This document shows, piece after piece, positions 20,710 to 29,481 of a stretch of DNA of 64,000 nucleotides (position 1 is its first letter; each line of letters opens with the position of its first letter). The stretch comes from Candidatus Omnitrophota bacterium (GTDB lineage Bacteria > Omnitrophota > Gorgyraeia > Duberdicusellales > 4484-171). The stretch is from NCBI GenBank assembly GCA_037146775.1, contig JBAWWL010000001.1, positions 325,464 through 389,463 on the forward strand, read 5' to 3'. The translations under genes were made by a program, and so were the position numbers. The notes under the pieces were generated by a model that worked only from the letters and a program-made list of their open reading frames with translations, did not search any database and had not been told where the DNA came from.

Positions 20710-21065
20710 AAACTTTAACGATATTGTTACTATCAGTATTTTTCTTGTTCTTAGTTATGGGATGTTTCAAAGAGCCTTCATCCGTAGCAACTAAGTGTTT
20801 AGATGGTTGGGGTGAAGATTCCTTTTTTTCCAATACTGATAAAAGTGTCAACAATTCTCCGTGGACTAGTTTTAGCCCGCCTGCCGCTGTAATTGAAAGG
20901 CGTGTGGCATATTTAAAATACTCATGTGATGAGCCCACAAAATATTTTGTTAAAACCAATGACAGTTTTAACAATGTTTCACTTGAAGACTTAAGAAATT
21001 ATGTCAAAGCCTATAATTCTTCGTGCGACGGCTGCTTAGAAGTGTATATCTCTGGGTGTTGTTGA
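20706..21065 (+). CDS. Putative Cys-containing lipoprotein
   Basis: Signal peptide ending LVMGC; ATGA overlap with previous gene. Confidence 0.6.
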   Translation: MKTLTILLLSVFFLFLVMGCFKEPSSVATKCLDGWGEDSFFSNTDKSVNNSPWTSFSPPAAVIERRVAYLKYSCDEPTKYFVKTNDSFNNVSLEDLRNYVKAYNSSCDGCLEVYISGCC

Positions 21066-21087
21066 TGTGTCTTTGGTGATTTAGTTT

Positions 21088-21327
21088 ATGGTACAAATAA
21101 TATTAATGCTTGGAGGATTATTGTCCCTGGCTATTGGCGTATATTTAATCTATTTGAGAGAAAATGCCTTAATCTTTGTGGGTTTCAAAAAGAATAGTAT
21201 TCTTCTCAAACACCCTCTTGGTAAATTTATGGCATGGTATGTCTTGTTGAGCATATTAATTTCTCTATTAACTGGGGGAGTAGTGCTTATACTAAAATCA
21301 ATAGGGTTTTTCCAAGTTTTTCCGTAA
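21088..21327 (+). CDS. Small membrane protein (2 TM)
   Basis: Two hydrophobic stretches; SD GGTGA. Confidence 0.55.
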   Translation: MVQIILMLGGLLSLAIGVYLIYLRENALIFVGFKKNSILLKHPLGKFMAWYVLLSILISLLTGGVVLILKSIGFFQVFP

Positions 21328-22626
21328 TTAGGGTGTTTGTGTGGCTTTTTGTTTTTGGTCTACAAGCGCCATCATTTCCAGCATCATTTGTTTTTTCATG
21401 GAAGCAAACTGGTCATTGAGGAATTGCACTTGTTGTTGCAGATGCTGAATCTCTACATCTTTTTGCTTAGCCTCCTCAACAATAACCTGCCTATCCAAAG
21501 GACGCTTACAGTTTTGGCAAACCGTTTCGTCAAAACCCGCTGCCGTATTACAAAAAGCACAAGTCCTAGTGCCTAAACCCTCTTGGCCTTTAGAATCACC
21601 AGCCAAAAGTCCTCGCCTTTGCAATTCCTTCTTAAAAGCCTCATCCTGACTTGAGAGGTCATAGGTTTTTAGCTGGCTTGTGCTCGTCCATCTTGCCGCG
21701 TGTTGGATTTCCATGTCGCTTTCGCCCCTAAGCCTCCTAATCGTAACACCATTACGTTTGAGGCTGTAGCACGTCACGGGCTTAATGATCCCCAGATTCT
21801 TACAAGCAGTCCGAATAAACTTGTTAACGTTATTTGGCTTGAGCTGCTTCAACGCGTTAGTCGTCCCAATATTTACGAAAAGAAACGACTGCTTGTTGGC
21901 CTTGTTTGGGTGAATGCTCAGCCACTTTGCAAGGTAAGGGAAGCTGTCAATACACTGAATAAGGCCAGTTCCTTCCTTGCCATGCTCGCTAATGTAAATC
22001 TTGGCATAATTATCAAACAACTTAACATCCTCAAGCTTCACATAAAGAAGTTCTTGCGGCCTTGCCAAACTCTCAAGCGACAAAGTGAGGAAGGCTTGAA
22101 TCCTTGGGTCTTTACCAAAATAGCCAACGAGGCTTTCAAACTCTTCATGGCTGAACTTGTCCTTTCGCATCTTCTGCCGGCTCTTATCAATCTTTGGTGA
22201 GATGTGGCGCACAGCGTAAGGCACAAGCGTTCCGTCCGGCCTGCCCTTTTCGTCTTTTTCCGGAAACAAAACTTTCCAAACAAGCTTAAGCTCCCTGATA
22301 AAAGTCTCTTTGCTCTGGGGAGTATTATAGACTTGGTGCATTGCCGCCATCAAAGCATCCATATCATCCCTGTCGCACTCCGCAAAATCTTTAACAAAAA
22401 AGTTGCCCGCAAACTTCACACACTGAATAATCCGAAGCCTCCTAATAAAAGACAAATCCCTAGCCCCAAAATGATTAAACAACTTCAAATAATATTCTAG
22501 GTTTGGCTTATGCTTGCAAACATACTTAGAACGCCCATCATTGCCAGCGCAAGCAATGATGTTTCTAAAATCTGCCACAAAATGTTCATACCTTTTTTTG
22601 TTCCCATAAATATCGTCCTCTGCCAT
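21328..22626 (-). CDS. Tyrosine recombinase/integrase with C-terminal Zn ribbon and coiled coil (archaeal-type architecture)
   Basis: LARPQEL (R), GKEG (K), YSLKR, ARWT...KTY (W, Y), CAFC...CQNC; alternative start at 22638. Confidence 0.88.
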   Translation of the reverse strand: MAEDDIYGNKKRYEHFVADFRNIIACAGNDGRSKYVCKHKPNLEYYLKLFNHFGARDLSFIRRLRIIQCVKFAGNFFVKDFAECDRDDMDALMAAMHQVYNTPQSKETFIRELKLVWKVLFPEKDEKGRPDGTLVPYAVRHISPKIDKSRQKMRKDKFSHEEFESLVGYFGKDPRIQAFLTLSLESLARPQELLYVKLEDVKLFDNYAKIYISEHGKEGTGLIQCIDSFPYLAKWLSIHPNKANKQSFLFVNIGTTNALKQLKPNNVNKFIRTACKNLGIIKPVTCYSLKRNGVTIRRLRGESDMEIQHAARWTSTSQLKTYDLSSQDEAFKKELQRRGLLAGDSKGQEGLGTRTCAFCNTAAGFDETVCQNCKRPLDRQVIVEEAKQKDVEIQHLQQQVQFLNDQFASMKKQMMLEMMALVDQKQKATQTP

Positions 22627-22692
22627 CTTACACACCATCCAGACGACACCACACTATATATAGATTGTATTACGCAACAAACCAAGAAAGCA

Positions 22693-22854
22693 ATGCGGTA
22701 ACCCCGCATCCAACCGCCAACAATTGGCTGCACAAAAAAATAAGCGCACCCAACCCAAAGTATCATGCGGCCAAAATGCATCCAACCGCCCCCTGATTTC
22801 CTGCGTCAAACAAGCTGACGCATTGAACCCCAGGTATTATGCGGAGAGAAGGCA
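22693..22854 (+). repeat. ATGCGG-N7-GCA(TCCAACCGCC) repeats at 72/74-bp spacing plus TGCGTCA-N7-TGACGCA palindrome
   Basis: Copies start at 22693, 22765 and 22839; palindrome at 22802-22822. Confidence 0.6.
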
Positions 22855-22921
22855 CAGCGCTTCCAGTAGCTTGCGAATTGCCTTTTTTGTCGTCTATTTG
22901 TCTATAAAGGGGAGGGAGTAT

Positions 22922-23350
22922 TTAAACTTTTTGGTAGGTTGCGTCATGTGCGTTGTTGATTATTTTTTCTGCCTTTTCTAAGAGGTAGTCTGTGTATAGT
23001 TTTTGGTCTGCCATTTTCCCACTTATCAGTATTTGGATGTCTGTTTTTAGTGTTAGCGCGTCGAGCTGGTCGTTGAGTGCTTTTTGAGTAAGCTTTAGGA
23101 TGTTTGCCTGAAGCATTACGTTTTCTTTTGCCCGCTTGTATTCCTTCCTGTCTTTTTTGCTTGTCTTTGCGTAATCTTGGAGGTGGCTAGATAGGTAGTC
23201 TGTTTCTTTTTTGACCAGTTCTGAGTAGTATTCTGCCCTGTAGATGTCTGTTGCAGTCGCCATGTGATTTCTGCTGAACTCGTCAATGTTATCCCTTTGC
23301 TGAACATTGCGTTCCTTCATTTCCTTAAGCAACGAATTAATATTTCTCAT
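22922..23350 (-). CDS. Hypothetical coiled-coil protein
   Basis: 142-aa ORF downstream of dyad site 2 and AAAGTTTTTAT. Confidence 0.65.
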   Translation of the reverse strand: MRNINSLLKEMKERNVQQRDNIDEFSRNHMATATDIYRAEYYSELVKKETDYLSSHLQDYAKTSKKDRKEYKRAKENVMLQANILKLTQKALNDQLDALTLKTDIQILISGKMADQKLYTDYLLEKAEKIINNAHDATYQKV

Positions 23351-23388
23351 AAAAGAAAAAAACTAAAAAAACAAGAATAAAAACTTTA

Positions 23389-23427
23389 CACCCAAATAAC
23401 ACCCTCACCTCGGGCACTGACTGAGTG
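23389..23427. repeat. Dyad site 2: CACC-CAAATAA-CACC-N9-GGCA-N7-AGTG
   Basis: Direct reading. Confidence 0.65.
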
Positions 23428-23542
23428 TTTTCTGGTAGCTTATGCCATCGAGAGCGTCGCAATAATCCTCTCGGTAGTTTTCGTTGATTTGTGGCATAAA
23501 AAGCAGGAAGTCGCAATTGATAAGAATATTCTTGTTCAATAA
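23426..23542 (+). pseudogene. C-terminal remnant homologous to the 31750-32232 gene
   Basis: FVDLWHKKQEVAIDKNIL vs FVDLWHKRLEGQQDKKIL; no start codon. Confidence 0.55.
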
Positions 23543-23606
23543 AAGGATTTATATACAACTTCTTCCTTAAAGACTACAAATCATAAAGGAGTAAGAACGA
23601 ATAAAG

Positions 23607-25904
23607 ATGCGGCAAGCAAAGGTAACGGTTCAAGTCTTAATATTTCTGGTAATTGCTTCAGCAGCCCAGGCAACATCCGGAGCATTAAGTCCCCTATCTA
23701 ACCAAGAAGGGTTGTTCAGTCTTAGCAACGGTAATTCTTTCAATATCAAGGCAACAGGGCTGAACGGCGACACCTGTGTCTATGAAATAACCTACAGTGG
23801 ATATGTTAAAGAGACTGGTAATCTTGATGTTGGTTGCTCTTACATTTACAAGTATCCGGGAAGCAAGGCGATATTGACTCATAAAGGATTCAATTACCAA
23901 ACAAGCAAGTGCGAATTCACTCTTTTCGAATATACCGGAAGTGCATCACAATGGTCGACTGTATGCAATGAGGACTGTTCAAGCTGCTCAAGCACATGCC
24001 CCTGTACGGGCGGAGCAGTAGTGGACTGCAACGAATGCGAATACACAGGATATGACTGCACAGGAAACACTCTTTACTACTGTACAAGCCAGGGAAACTG
24101 CATTGTGAGGGAATTGGTTGATGTCTGCGGAGAAAACGAAGTCTGTGACCCCACAGATGGAATCTGTGAAGGAGTAGGAACACCCTGCCCTTATGAATGC
24201 TGCAAATACACAAACGCATATCTAGACAAGAACTGTCCCACTGGATACGCCTGCTCAAATTATCAATGCATACAACAGTGCACCAATAATGCTGAGCAGA
24301 AATGTTTTAACGGTAATGTCTATTGGTATGACAGCTGCGGCAACAAAGGAAACCTCTATGACACCTGCGGCTCAGAAGAAACTTGCAACAACGGATATTG
24401 CAGTTCTACCAGGACTACCTGTCCTTACGGATGCTGTGATAGTGACGATAGATATTTTGACAAAAGCTGCTCTTCAGGATATGAATGCAAATCTCAATCT
24501 TGCGAAAAGATATGTACCAGCAAGTACTCCACCAAATGCTACAACAACGATGTTTACTACTATGACAGCTGCGGAAGCAAAGAGACAATAAAGTACGATT
24601 GTAAGATCGATGAGAAATGCAACGGCAATTATTGTGTATCCACAAAATCTGCCTGTCCTCATGAATGCTGTATAGGCAATCAGAATTATTTTGATAAATC
24701 ATGTCCTGGCAAGGACAATTGCGAAAACAACAAGTGCATCGAACATAAAGGCGCTTGTCCTTACGGATGCTGTGACATATTTTCCGAATATGAAGAGAAG
24801 ACCTGTGAAGCGGGTTTTTCCTGCCTTGCAAATAAATGCGAGCAAATGAGTCCTGACAGTATTGAACTTCACAGCAAAATTAAACCTCACGATTCTTTGC
24901 TTTTGACCTTGTTAGACGGGCTTACTGGAAGGGACTATTCCGAACAAAAGTTCAACACTAACCTAAGAAAAGTGTATGAATACGTAAGCAGCATACCTTA
25001 CAGATACGATGACGAAAACAGCGCGGGCTGTATAAAGGGGAGCAAAGATTGCGGAGATGGAAGGCCTGGAATAGATTATTCTCAAGAACCCAAAGAGACT
25101 ATCTCAGAAAACATGGGAGACTGTGAAGACCACGCAATATTATTACAGAGCATGAACGAAGCATTATTCTACAAAACATATGGAACGATTCCTAAAGGCA
25201 GACTCTACCTAGTGTGTGGATGTATAGACTTCAATAATGACGGAGAAGAAGAAGGATGCCACTGCTGGAACATAATTCTGGATGATGACCCCTTATCAAG
25301 CTCAGGTAATACTAATAACCAAGCAATTACACGAGAAGTCCTGGTCGGCGACGTAGGCATCGGAGATATAAAATCAAATCCCCGTAAGATTACTGTGGAA
25401 ATCAAGCCTTATGTTAGCGGCGAGACGGATAAATCAATGACCAGGCAAGCTGTGTTATGGAATAACAAAAAATGGAATGAACTGGAATCAACATGGAAAA
25501 ACCCTTTTGATTTTTATGTTAACCTAAAATATCCCTTTAGCGAGGTATGGTACGTAGCGACAAGTGAAGAATTTTATTACGCACCAGATTTCACGAAAAT
25601 AGGCTGCGAATATGAACAAAGGTTACTATGGTACCTAGGATTAGACAACCTATGCCCTGCTGAAAAAAGCGCATCACCAGGCACAAAAGAAACAGCACCT
25701 CAACCAGAAACTAAAGCAATACAGCCAGAAACTACCAAAGTAACCTGGTGGAAAAAAGTATTAGAAGGCGACACAGAAAATAAAGACAATACCTCTGGGC
25801 AGCCAAAGCAAGAGCAGAAGGCAGATGGAACAAACGAAGCACCTCCACAACAAAAGCCATCCAAAGAAAAGACTTGGTGGAAACCCTGGACATGGCGCTG
25901 GTAA
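23607..25904 (+). CDS. Secreted Cys-rich repeat protein with transglutaminase-like domain
   Basis: Signal peptide; four CP(Y/H)(E/G)CC and two VY(W/Y)YDSCG repeats; GDCEDHAIL...HCWN catalytic-type motifs. Confidence 0.8.
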   Translation: MRQAKVTVQVLIFLVIASAAQATSGALSPLSNQEGLFSLSNGNSFNIKATGLNGDTCVYEITYSGYVKETGNLDVGCSYIYKYPGSKAILTHKGFNYQTSKCEFTLFEYTGSASQWSTVCNEDCSSCSSTCPCTGGAVVDCNECEYTGYDCTGNTLYYCTSQGNCIVRELVDVCGENEVCDPTDGICEGVGTPCPYECCKYTNAYLDKNCPTGYACSNYQCIQQCTNNAEQKCFNGNVYWYDSCGNKGNLYDTCGSEETCNNGYCSSTRTTCPYGCCDSDDRYFDKSCSSGYECKSQSCEKICTSKYSTKCYNNDVYYYDSCGSKETIKYDCKIDEKCNGNYCVSTKSACPHECCIGNQNYFDKSCPGKDNCENNKCIEHKGACPYGCCDIFSEYEEKTCEAGFSCLANKCEQMSPDSIELHSKIKPHDSLLLTLLDGLTGRDYSEQKFNTNLRKVYEYVSSIPYRYDDENSAGCIKGSKDCGDGRPGIDYSQEPKETISENMGDCEDHAILLQSMNEALFYKTYGTIPKGRLYLVCGCIDFNNDGEEEGCHCWNIILDDDPLSSSGNTNNQAITREVLVGDVGIGDIKSNPRKITVEIKPYVSGETDKSMTRQAVLWNNKKWNELESTWKNPFDFYVNLKYPFSEVWYVATSEEFYYAPDFTKIGCEYEQRLLWYLGLDNLCPAEKSASPGTKETAPQPETKAIQPETTKVTWWKKVLEGDTENKDNTSGQPKQEQKADGTNEAPPQQKPSKEKTWWKPWTWRW

Positions 25905-25954
25905 ATCCAAAACCTTAAATAGAACACATGTGAATCAAACTTCCTCTAGGAAAG

Positions 25955-26812
25955 ATGGTAATAATAAACTATTGCACCAAATGTGGAAAGAAACTATCGA
26001 AAGAATATGATTTCTGTCCAGAATGCGGGAACCGTATTATTAACATAAAGAAAAAAGAAATATTAGTAACAACTCAGAAACAAACAGAATCATCTAATAA
26101 ATCTATTTGGTGGATAATTATCTTAATCGCAGTATTAATAATATTTGTGATTGTATCGATAGTATGCTTTTTAGTACCATTTAGTTATAGCTCAACAGAG
26201 GCATATTACGAAAAGGAACCATCTGCGTTACAAGAACAATATACTGAAAGTGTAATAAAATATCGACAAGTTCAGTCTGGTTATGATGAGAGTATCAGAC
26301 CTTTAGTAGACGAAGAGGGAAGTTATTATTCTCTCTTATCGCCAGGATTTAATGTGTGTACAGGTTGTTATGTCTCACTTACTATAGAAGCAAATTATCC
26401 TAAAGTTCCATTTAGATACATCATATCAGACCAATTTTTTGAGTGTAATAAAATATTCAGCGGAGAAGATGTTCCCAATGATGTCCAAAATATTGACCTC
26501 AGTCTTGGCACTCTTGATGTGGAGGATAGGGAAATTGGCCCAATCAATACAGATTCAACATTGTGTTTTGCAATTAGCGCAGTTGGTCCTCCAGGAAACA
26601 ACAACCAAAACATATACTCAAAGATTCAAATCAACCAAATAAGAAAGACTCCAATTATGATTTCTGAACCATATGAAACATCTGAGATTAGGAATAGGAC
26701 AGTAACCAACTATAAGGATGTAAAGAAAGAAAGGAATGTTACCAAATATGCTTCGATCTATAAGATTTGGACTAAACAGGTAGATTTCTATTATGTTCTA
26801 GGTCAAGAATGA
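25955..26812 (+). CDS. Zinc-ribbon single-pass membrane protein
   Basis: CTKCG...FCPECG followed by one TM helix. Confidence 0.75.
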   Translation: MVIINYCTKCGKKLSKEYDFCPECGNRIINIKKKEILVTTQKQTESSNKSIWWIIILIAVLIIFVIVSIVCFLVPFSYSSTEAYYEKEPSALQEQYTESVIKYRQVQSGYDESIRPLVDEEGSYYSLLSPGFNVCTGCYVSLTIEANYPKVPFRYIISDQFFECNKIFSGEDVPNDVQNIDLSLGTLDVEDREIGPINTDSTLCFAISAVGPPGNNNQNIYSKIQINQIRKTPIMISEPYETSEIRNRTVTNYKDVKKERNVTKYASIYKIWTKQVDFYYVLGQE

Positions 26813-26907
26813 GTAAAATAACTTGGATCATAATGGTTACTTTTTCAATTGTGCAAAAATGTAAGAAATAGTTTTTGCTTAGAAAGAAATCAAAAAAAAG
26901 AATCATA

Positions 26908-26946
26908 TACCCATAAGCCGCCCTTATTTTGGGTAGTCTTTGAGCA
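26908..26946. repeat. Dyad site 3: TACC-N7-CGCC-N9-GGTA-N7-AGCA
   Basis: Same spacing as the other sites; lies at the junction of convergent genes. Confidence 0.5.
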
Positions 26947-27094
26947 CTTTTTGGTATGAGAGGTCGCTTAGGGCGTAGTAGCTGTCTTTTTCGGTCTCAA
27001 TCATGTGGCCGAGCAAATACTTGATCTCGTTCACATCCTGACTAATTTTCAGCACTGCCTTCCTGCAACGCTCCTCAAGCGTTTCTTCAGCCAT
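26924..27094 (-). CDS. Small hypothetical protein (56 aa), not in ORF track
   Basis: MAEETLEERCRKAVLKISQDVNEIKYLL...; SD AGGTGG; starts 2 bp after the previous gene. Confidence 0.55.
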   Translation of the reverse strand: MAEETLEERCRKAVLKISQDVNEIKYLLGHMIETEKDSYYALSDLSYQKVLKDYPK

Positions 27095-27096
27095 TC

Positions 27097-27282
27097 TCAG
27101 CCACCTTTTGAAAGGATGGCATCCATGTAGTGCCTGTGCATAATGTCAGTCCTGATGCTTTCTATGATGAGCCACTGACCATCTCTGCTCAGACGAATCT
27201 TTCTACTCAGCTTCGGCTGCTTTTCCTCAAAAACTTTCACTTCATTACTTACTTTTTCTTTTGCCATTTTCTGTTTCTCCAT
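27097..27282 (-). CDS. Small hypothetical protein
   Basis: Operon context; KIRLSRDGQWLII. Confidence 0.6.
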   Translation of the reverse strand: MEKQKMAKEKVSNEVKVFEEKQPKLSRKIRLSRDGQWLIIESIRTDIMHRHYMDAILSKGG

Positions 27283-27321
27283 CTATCATTTACCTCTTGT
27301 GTATGAGTGGGAGGGGGGCAT

Positions 27322-27522
27322 TTACTGCCGCCCCGTCCTGAATTGACAGCTTTCGCATTTCGAAGGGTCTTTGCATGCCTGACAAATAGCCTTTGCGTCA
27401 AGATGCTTCGGTAATTCCTTAAAGCACCAATCAAGCGCAAAAGTCATCGGCTTGCCAAGATGCCACGCAATCCTTCGCAGCGAGCAACTGTTTTCGTAGC
27501 TTAGCTCCGGGGTATAAGCCAT
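27322..27522 (-). CDS. Small Cys-cluster protein (YTPELS...LRRIAW...CQACKD..C..C)
   Basis: SD AGGAG; four Cys. Confidence 0.65.
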   Translation of the reverse strand: MAYTPELSYENSCSLRRIAWHLGKPMTFALDWCFKELPKHLDAKAICQACKDPSKCESCQFRTGRQ

Positions 27523-27683
27523 TGATTCTCCTTTCTTTGATTTGACATTTCTGCCAAAAGCTTCCGCCCCTTACTGCTGTCAAAAGCCACGAACTCTAGA
27601 CACTTCTCAGGAATCGCTTTTCGAAACTCCCTCAGCCTAAAATCCACAGTGAAGCCTTTGAAGACAAGCAGCTTCGTAACCAT
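27501..27683 (-). CDS. Small hypothetical protein
   Basis: SD AAAGGAGG; FKGFTVDFRLREFR. Confidence 0.65.
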   Translation of the reverse strand: MVTKLLVFKGFTVDFRLREFRKAIPEKCLEFVAFDSSKGRKLLAEMSNQRKENQWLIPRS

Positions 27684-27749
27684 AGCTAAACCTCCTTTCG
27701 TTAAAAAAAACCTATTCAGAAGTAGTAGCGAACAGAAATAAAAGGTTTA

Positions 27750-27788
27750 CACCCCTTTTAATCCTAAGTGATGGGTGGTATTTGAGTG
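27750..27788. repeat. Dyad site 4: CACC-N7-ATCC-N9-GGTG-GTATTTG-AGTG
   Basis: Right half nearly identical to the right half of site 1. Confidence 0.65.
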
Positions 27789-27789
27789 G

Positions 27790-28209
27790 TTAGTAGATGA
27801 GCTTATATTTTTTGTAAGGTTCTATTATTTTTATTGAGATGTACTCTTTGTTCTTAAGTTCTGGGTGTTGATTGAAAAATGATTTCATCGCAATTTTTAA
27901 TGAGGCTACGTGTTTTACCTCATCTTGGCCGTCTATGTTTAATATGAATTCTTGGCGGTCAGGGGGGAAGTATTTTCTGTCTTTAGTGCTTAATGTGGAT
28001 ACTCCCCAGTTGAAACATGTATCCACCAGTTTGACCTTTATTGATCCTGCGGAAAGAATTGGCATGTCTTCATTAATTTTGAAAGGTTTTCTAGGTTCAA
28101 ATTCTATTTCATCATTTTCTTGATATCCTAAGTAATCCATTAATTGTTTGTTGAAGGGTATGTAGTATTCCTGATTTATTTTTACGATGGTTGATATTAT
28201 TTTTCTCAT
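27790..28209 (-). CDS. Hypothetical protein with AbrB/SpoVT-like N-terminus
   Basis: YYIPFNKQLMDYLGYQENDEIEF pattern; SD GGGGTG before ATG 28209. Confidence 0.55.
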   Translation of the reverse strand: MRKIISTIVKINQEYYIPFNKQLMDYLGYQENDEIEFEPRKPFKINEDMPILSAGSIKVKLVDTCFNWGVSTLSTKDRKYFPPDRQEFILNIDGQDEVKHVASLKIAMKSFFNQHPELKNKEYISIKIIEPYKKYKLIY

Positions 28210-28340
28210 GTTATGCACCCCACATTGTTTAAACAATGTTTTAACAATGAGAAACCATTGCTAGTATAAAAATGTTTCTTTTTTTAAGAAAGTCGGGCCT
28301 TTTTTTAAGTCGTGCCCGGGACTTTTGTGGCGGCGGATTT

Positions 28341-28601
28341 TTAGTCAGTGTTGTATGCTTCAAGGACTCTTCCGCTCAATTCCTGCTTTGCTTCTTCGGA
28401 GAGGAGACTTACGGTTTCGTACCATCTGCCTTCTTTTCCTTTTTGCTTTGGCATGGAAACAAACAGGGAATCATCCTTTGCCGAAACGACTCTGACACCT
28501 TTTATCAGCACTTCTCCGCCAACAATTACGTCGGCAAATGCCTTAAGGTTTGAGCCGTTATCCATTCGATATAGCCTTGCAACTTCCAACATACCAACCA
28601 C
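28341..28601 (-). CDS. spoVG: SpoVG-family nucleic-acid-binding protein
   Basis: LKAFADV...IKGVRVV...LFVSMP motif. Confidence 0.85.
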   Translation of the reverse strand: MVGMLEVARLYRMDNGSNLKAFADVIVGGEVLIKGVRVVSAKDDSLFVSMPKQKGKEGRWYETVSLLSEEAKQELSGRVLEAYNTD

Positions 28602-28607
28602 CCCCTT

Positions 28608-28946
28608 TCACTTTGTGTGGCACCAGCCTTGTGCTTGCGCAATTAGCTGTACTTCCTTTGCTTTCTTTTTCTCCCAGTAGAGGTCTCTGTCAACTTCAAC
28701 AAACTTTATCCGAAGGTCGGATAGTTCGTTGAGGCTGAAGTTTCCCCATTCGGCCATTTCCAAGTCGCCGTTGAGCACCGCAAACCCAAAGAAGATTTCT
28801 TCCGCAGGGTCGTACTCTGTGGCAAACCAGTCACAGCCGCCAATGAAAAAGTGCATACAGATCACTTTTTCCTCTAAAGGCACGTCTTCTCCCGAATACA
28901 TGCGTGGGAGCTTTGCAAGCTCTTCTCTTGTGGGCTTATTCCACAT
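28608..28946 (-). CDS. DUF2958-family protein
   Basis: HFFIGGCDWFATEYD...FFGF...EWGNFSLNEL...VDRDLYW. Confidence 0.8.
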   Translation of the reverse strand: MWNKPTREELAKLPRMYSGEDVPLEEKVICMHFFIGGCDWFATEYDPAEEIFFGFAVLNGDLEMAEWGNFSLNELSDLRIKFVEVDRDLYWEKKKAKEVQLIAQAQGWCHTK

Positions 28947-29156
28947 GACAACTCTCCTTTCTCCGGGACATCAACCCAGATTTCTCCGTCAAGGTCAACC
29001 CAATCCAAAACTTCAACAGTTTCGTCTTGCAACTTCCGCTTAGGCATCCACAACACAACCACCCCCTTTCTTTTTTGCGGCAGATACGTAATTCGTCCAT
29101 ATCTGTCTAATTTGTTTTTACAAAGGAGTGGTATCAAGACAAATTAATAAGTTTTA

Positions 29157-29195
29157 CACCCAAAAAACACCCGAGAAGAAGTGAGGAAGGATTCA
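29157..29195. repeat. Dyad site 5 (strong left half CACC-CAAAAAA-CACCC; right half degenerate)
   Basis: Direct reading. Confidence 0.55.
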
Positions 29196-29269
29196 CGAAA
29201 GAATTGCGTATTGAGGGAGGGGTTCGTTGGGGAAAGGTTTTTATATTGGGTTATTTGTAACTGTAAGAG

Positions 29270-29464
29270 GTGATTGTTATGGATAATGTGTTTGTAAAAT
29301 ATAATGGGAGAATTTTGTTTGTAGGTATTTTGATTCTTATTGCTGCGATAATTTTGGCTACGATTCCTTTAATGATATTTACATCGACGTTTTGGATGTT
29401 GATAGTTATTGGTGGTGGGCTTACCGGTTTTGCATTGAAATTTAGAAAACATAGTAAGAAATAG
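29270..29464 (+). CDS. Small membrane protein (2 TM)
   Basis: Hydrophobic; AAAGGTTTTTATA about 25 nt upstream. Confidence 0.55.
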   Translation: MIVMDNVFVKYNGRILFVGILILIAAIILATIPLMIFTSTFWMLIVIGGGLTGFALKFRKHSKK

Positions 29465-29481
29465 TTTAGTGCTTTCGAATT

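Noticed and set aside
22693-22854. 72-bp periodic repeats as a CRISPR array
   Set aside because: Only 2-3 copies with variable centres, and no cas genes in the window.
23607-25904. Cys-rich repeats as a DGR template/variable repeat pair
   Set aside because: No reverse transcriptase in the window; repeats are ordinary in-frame protein modules and differences do not appear adenine-specific.
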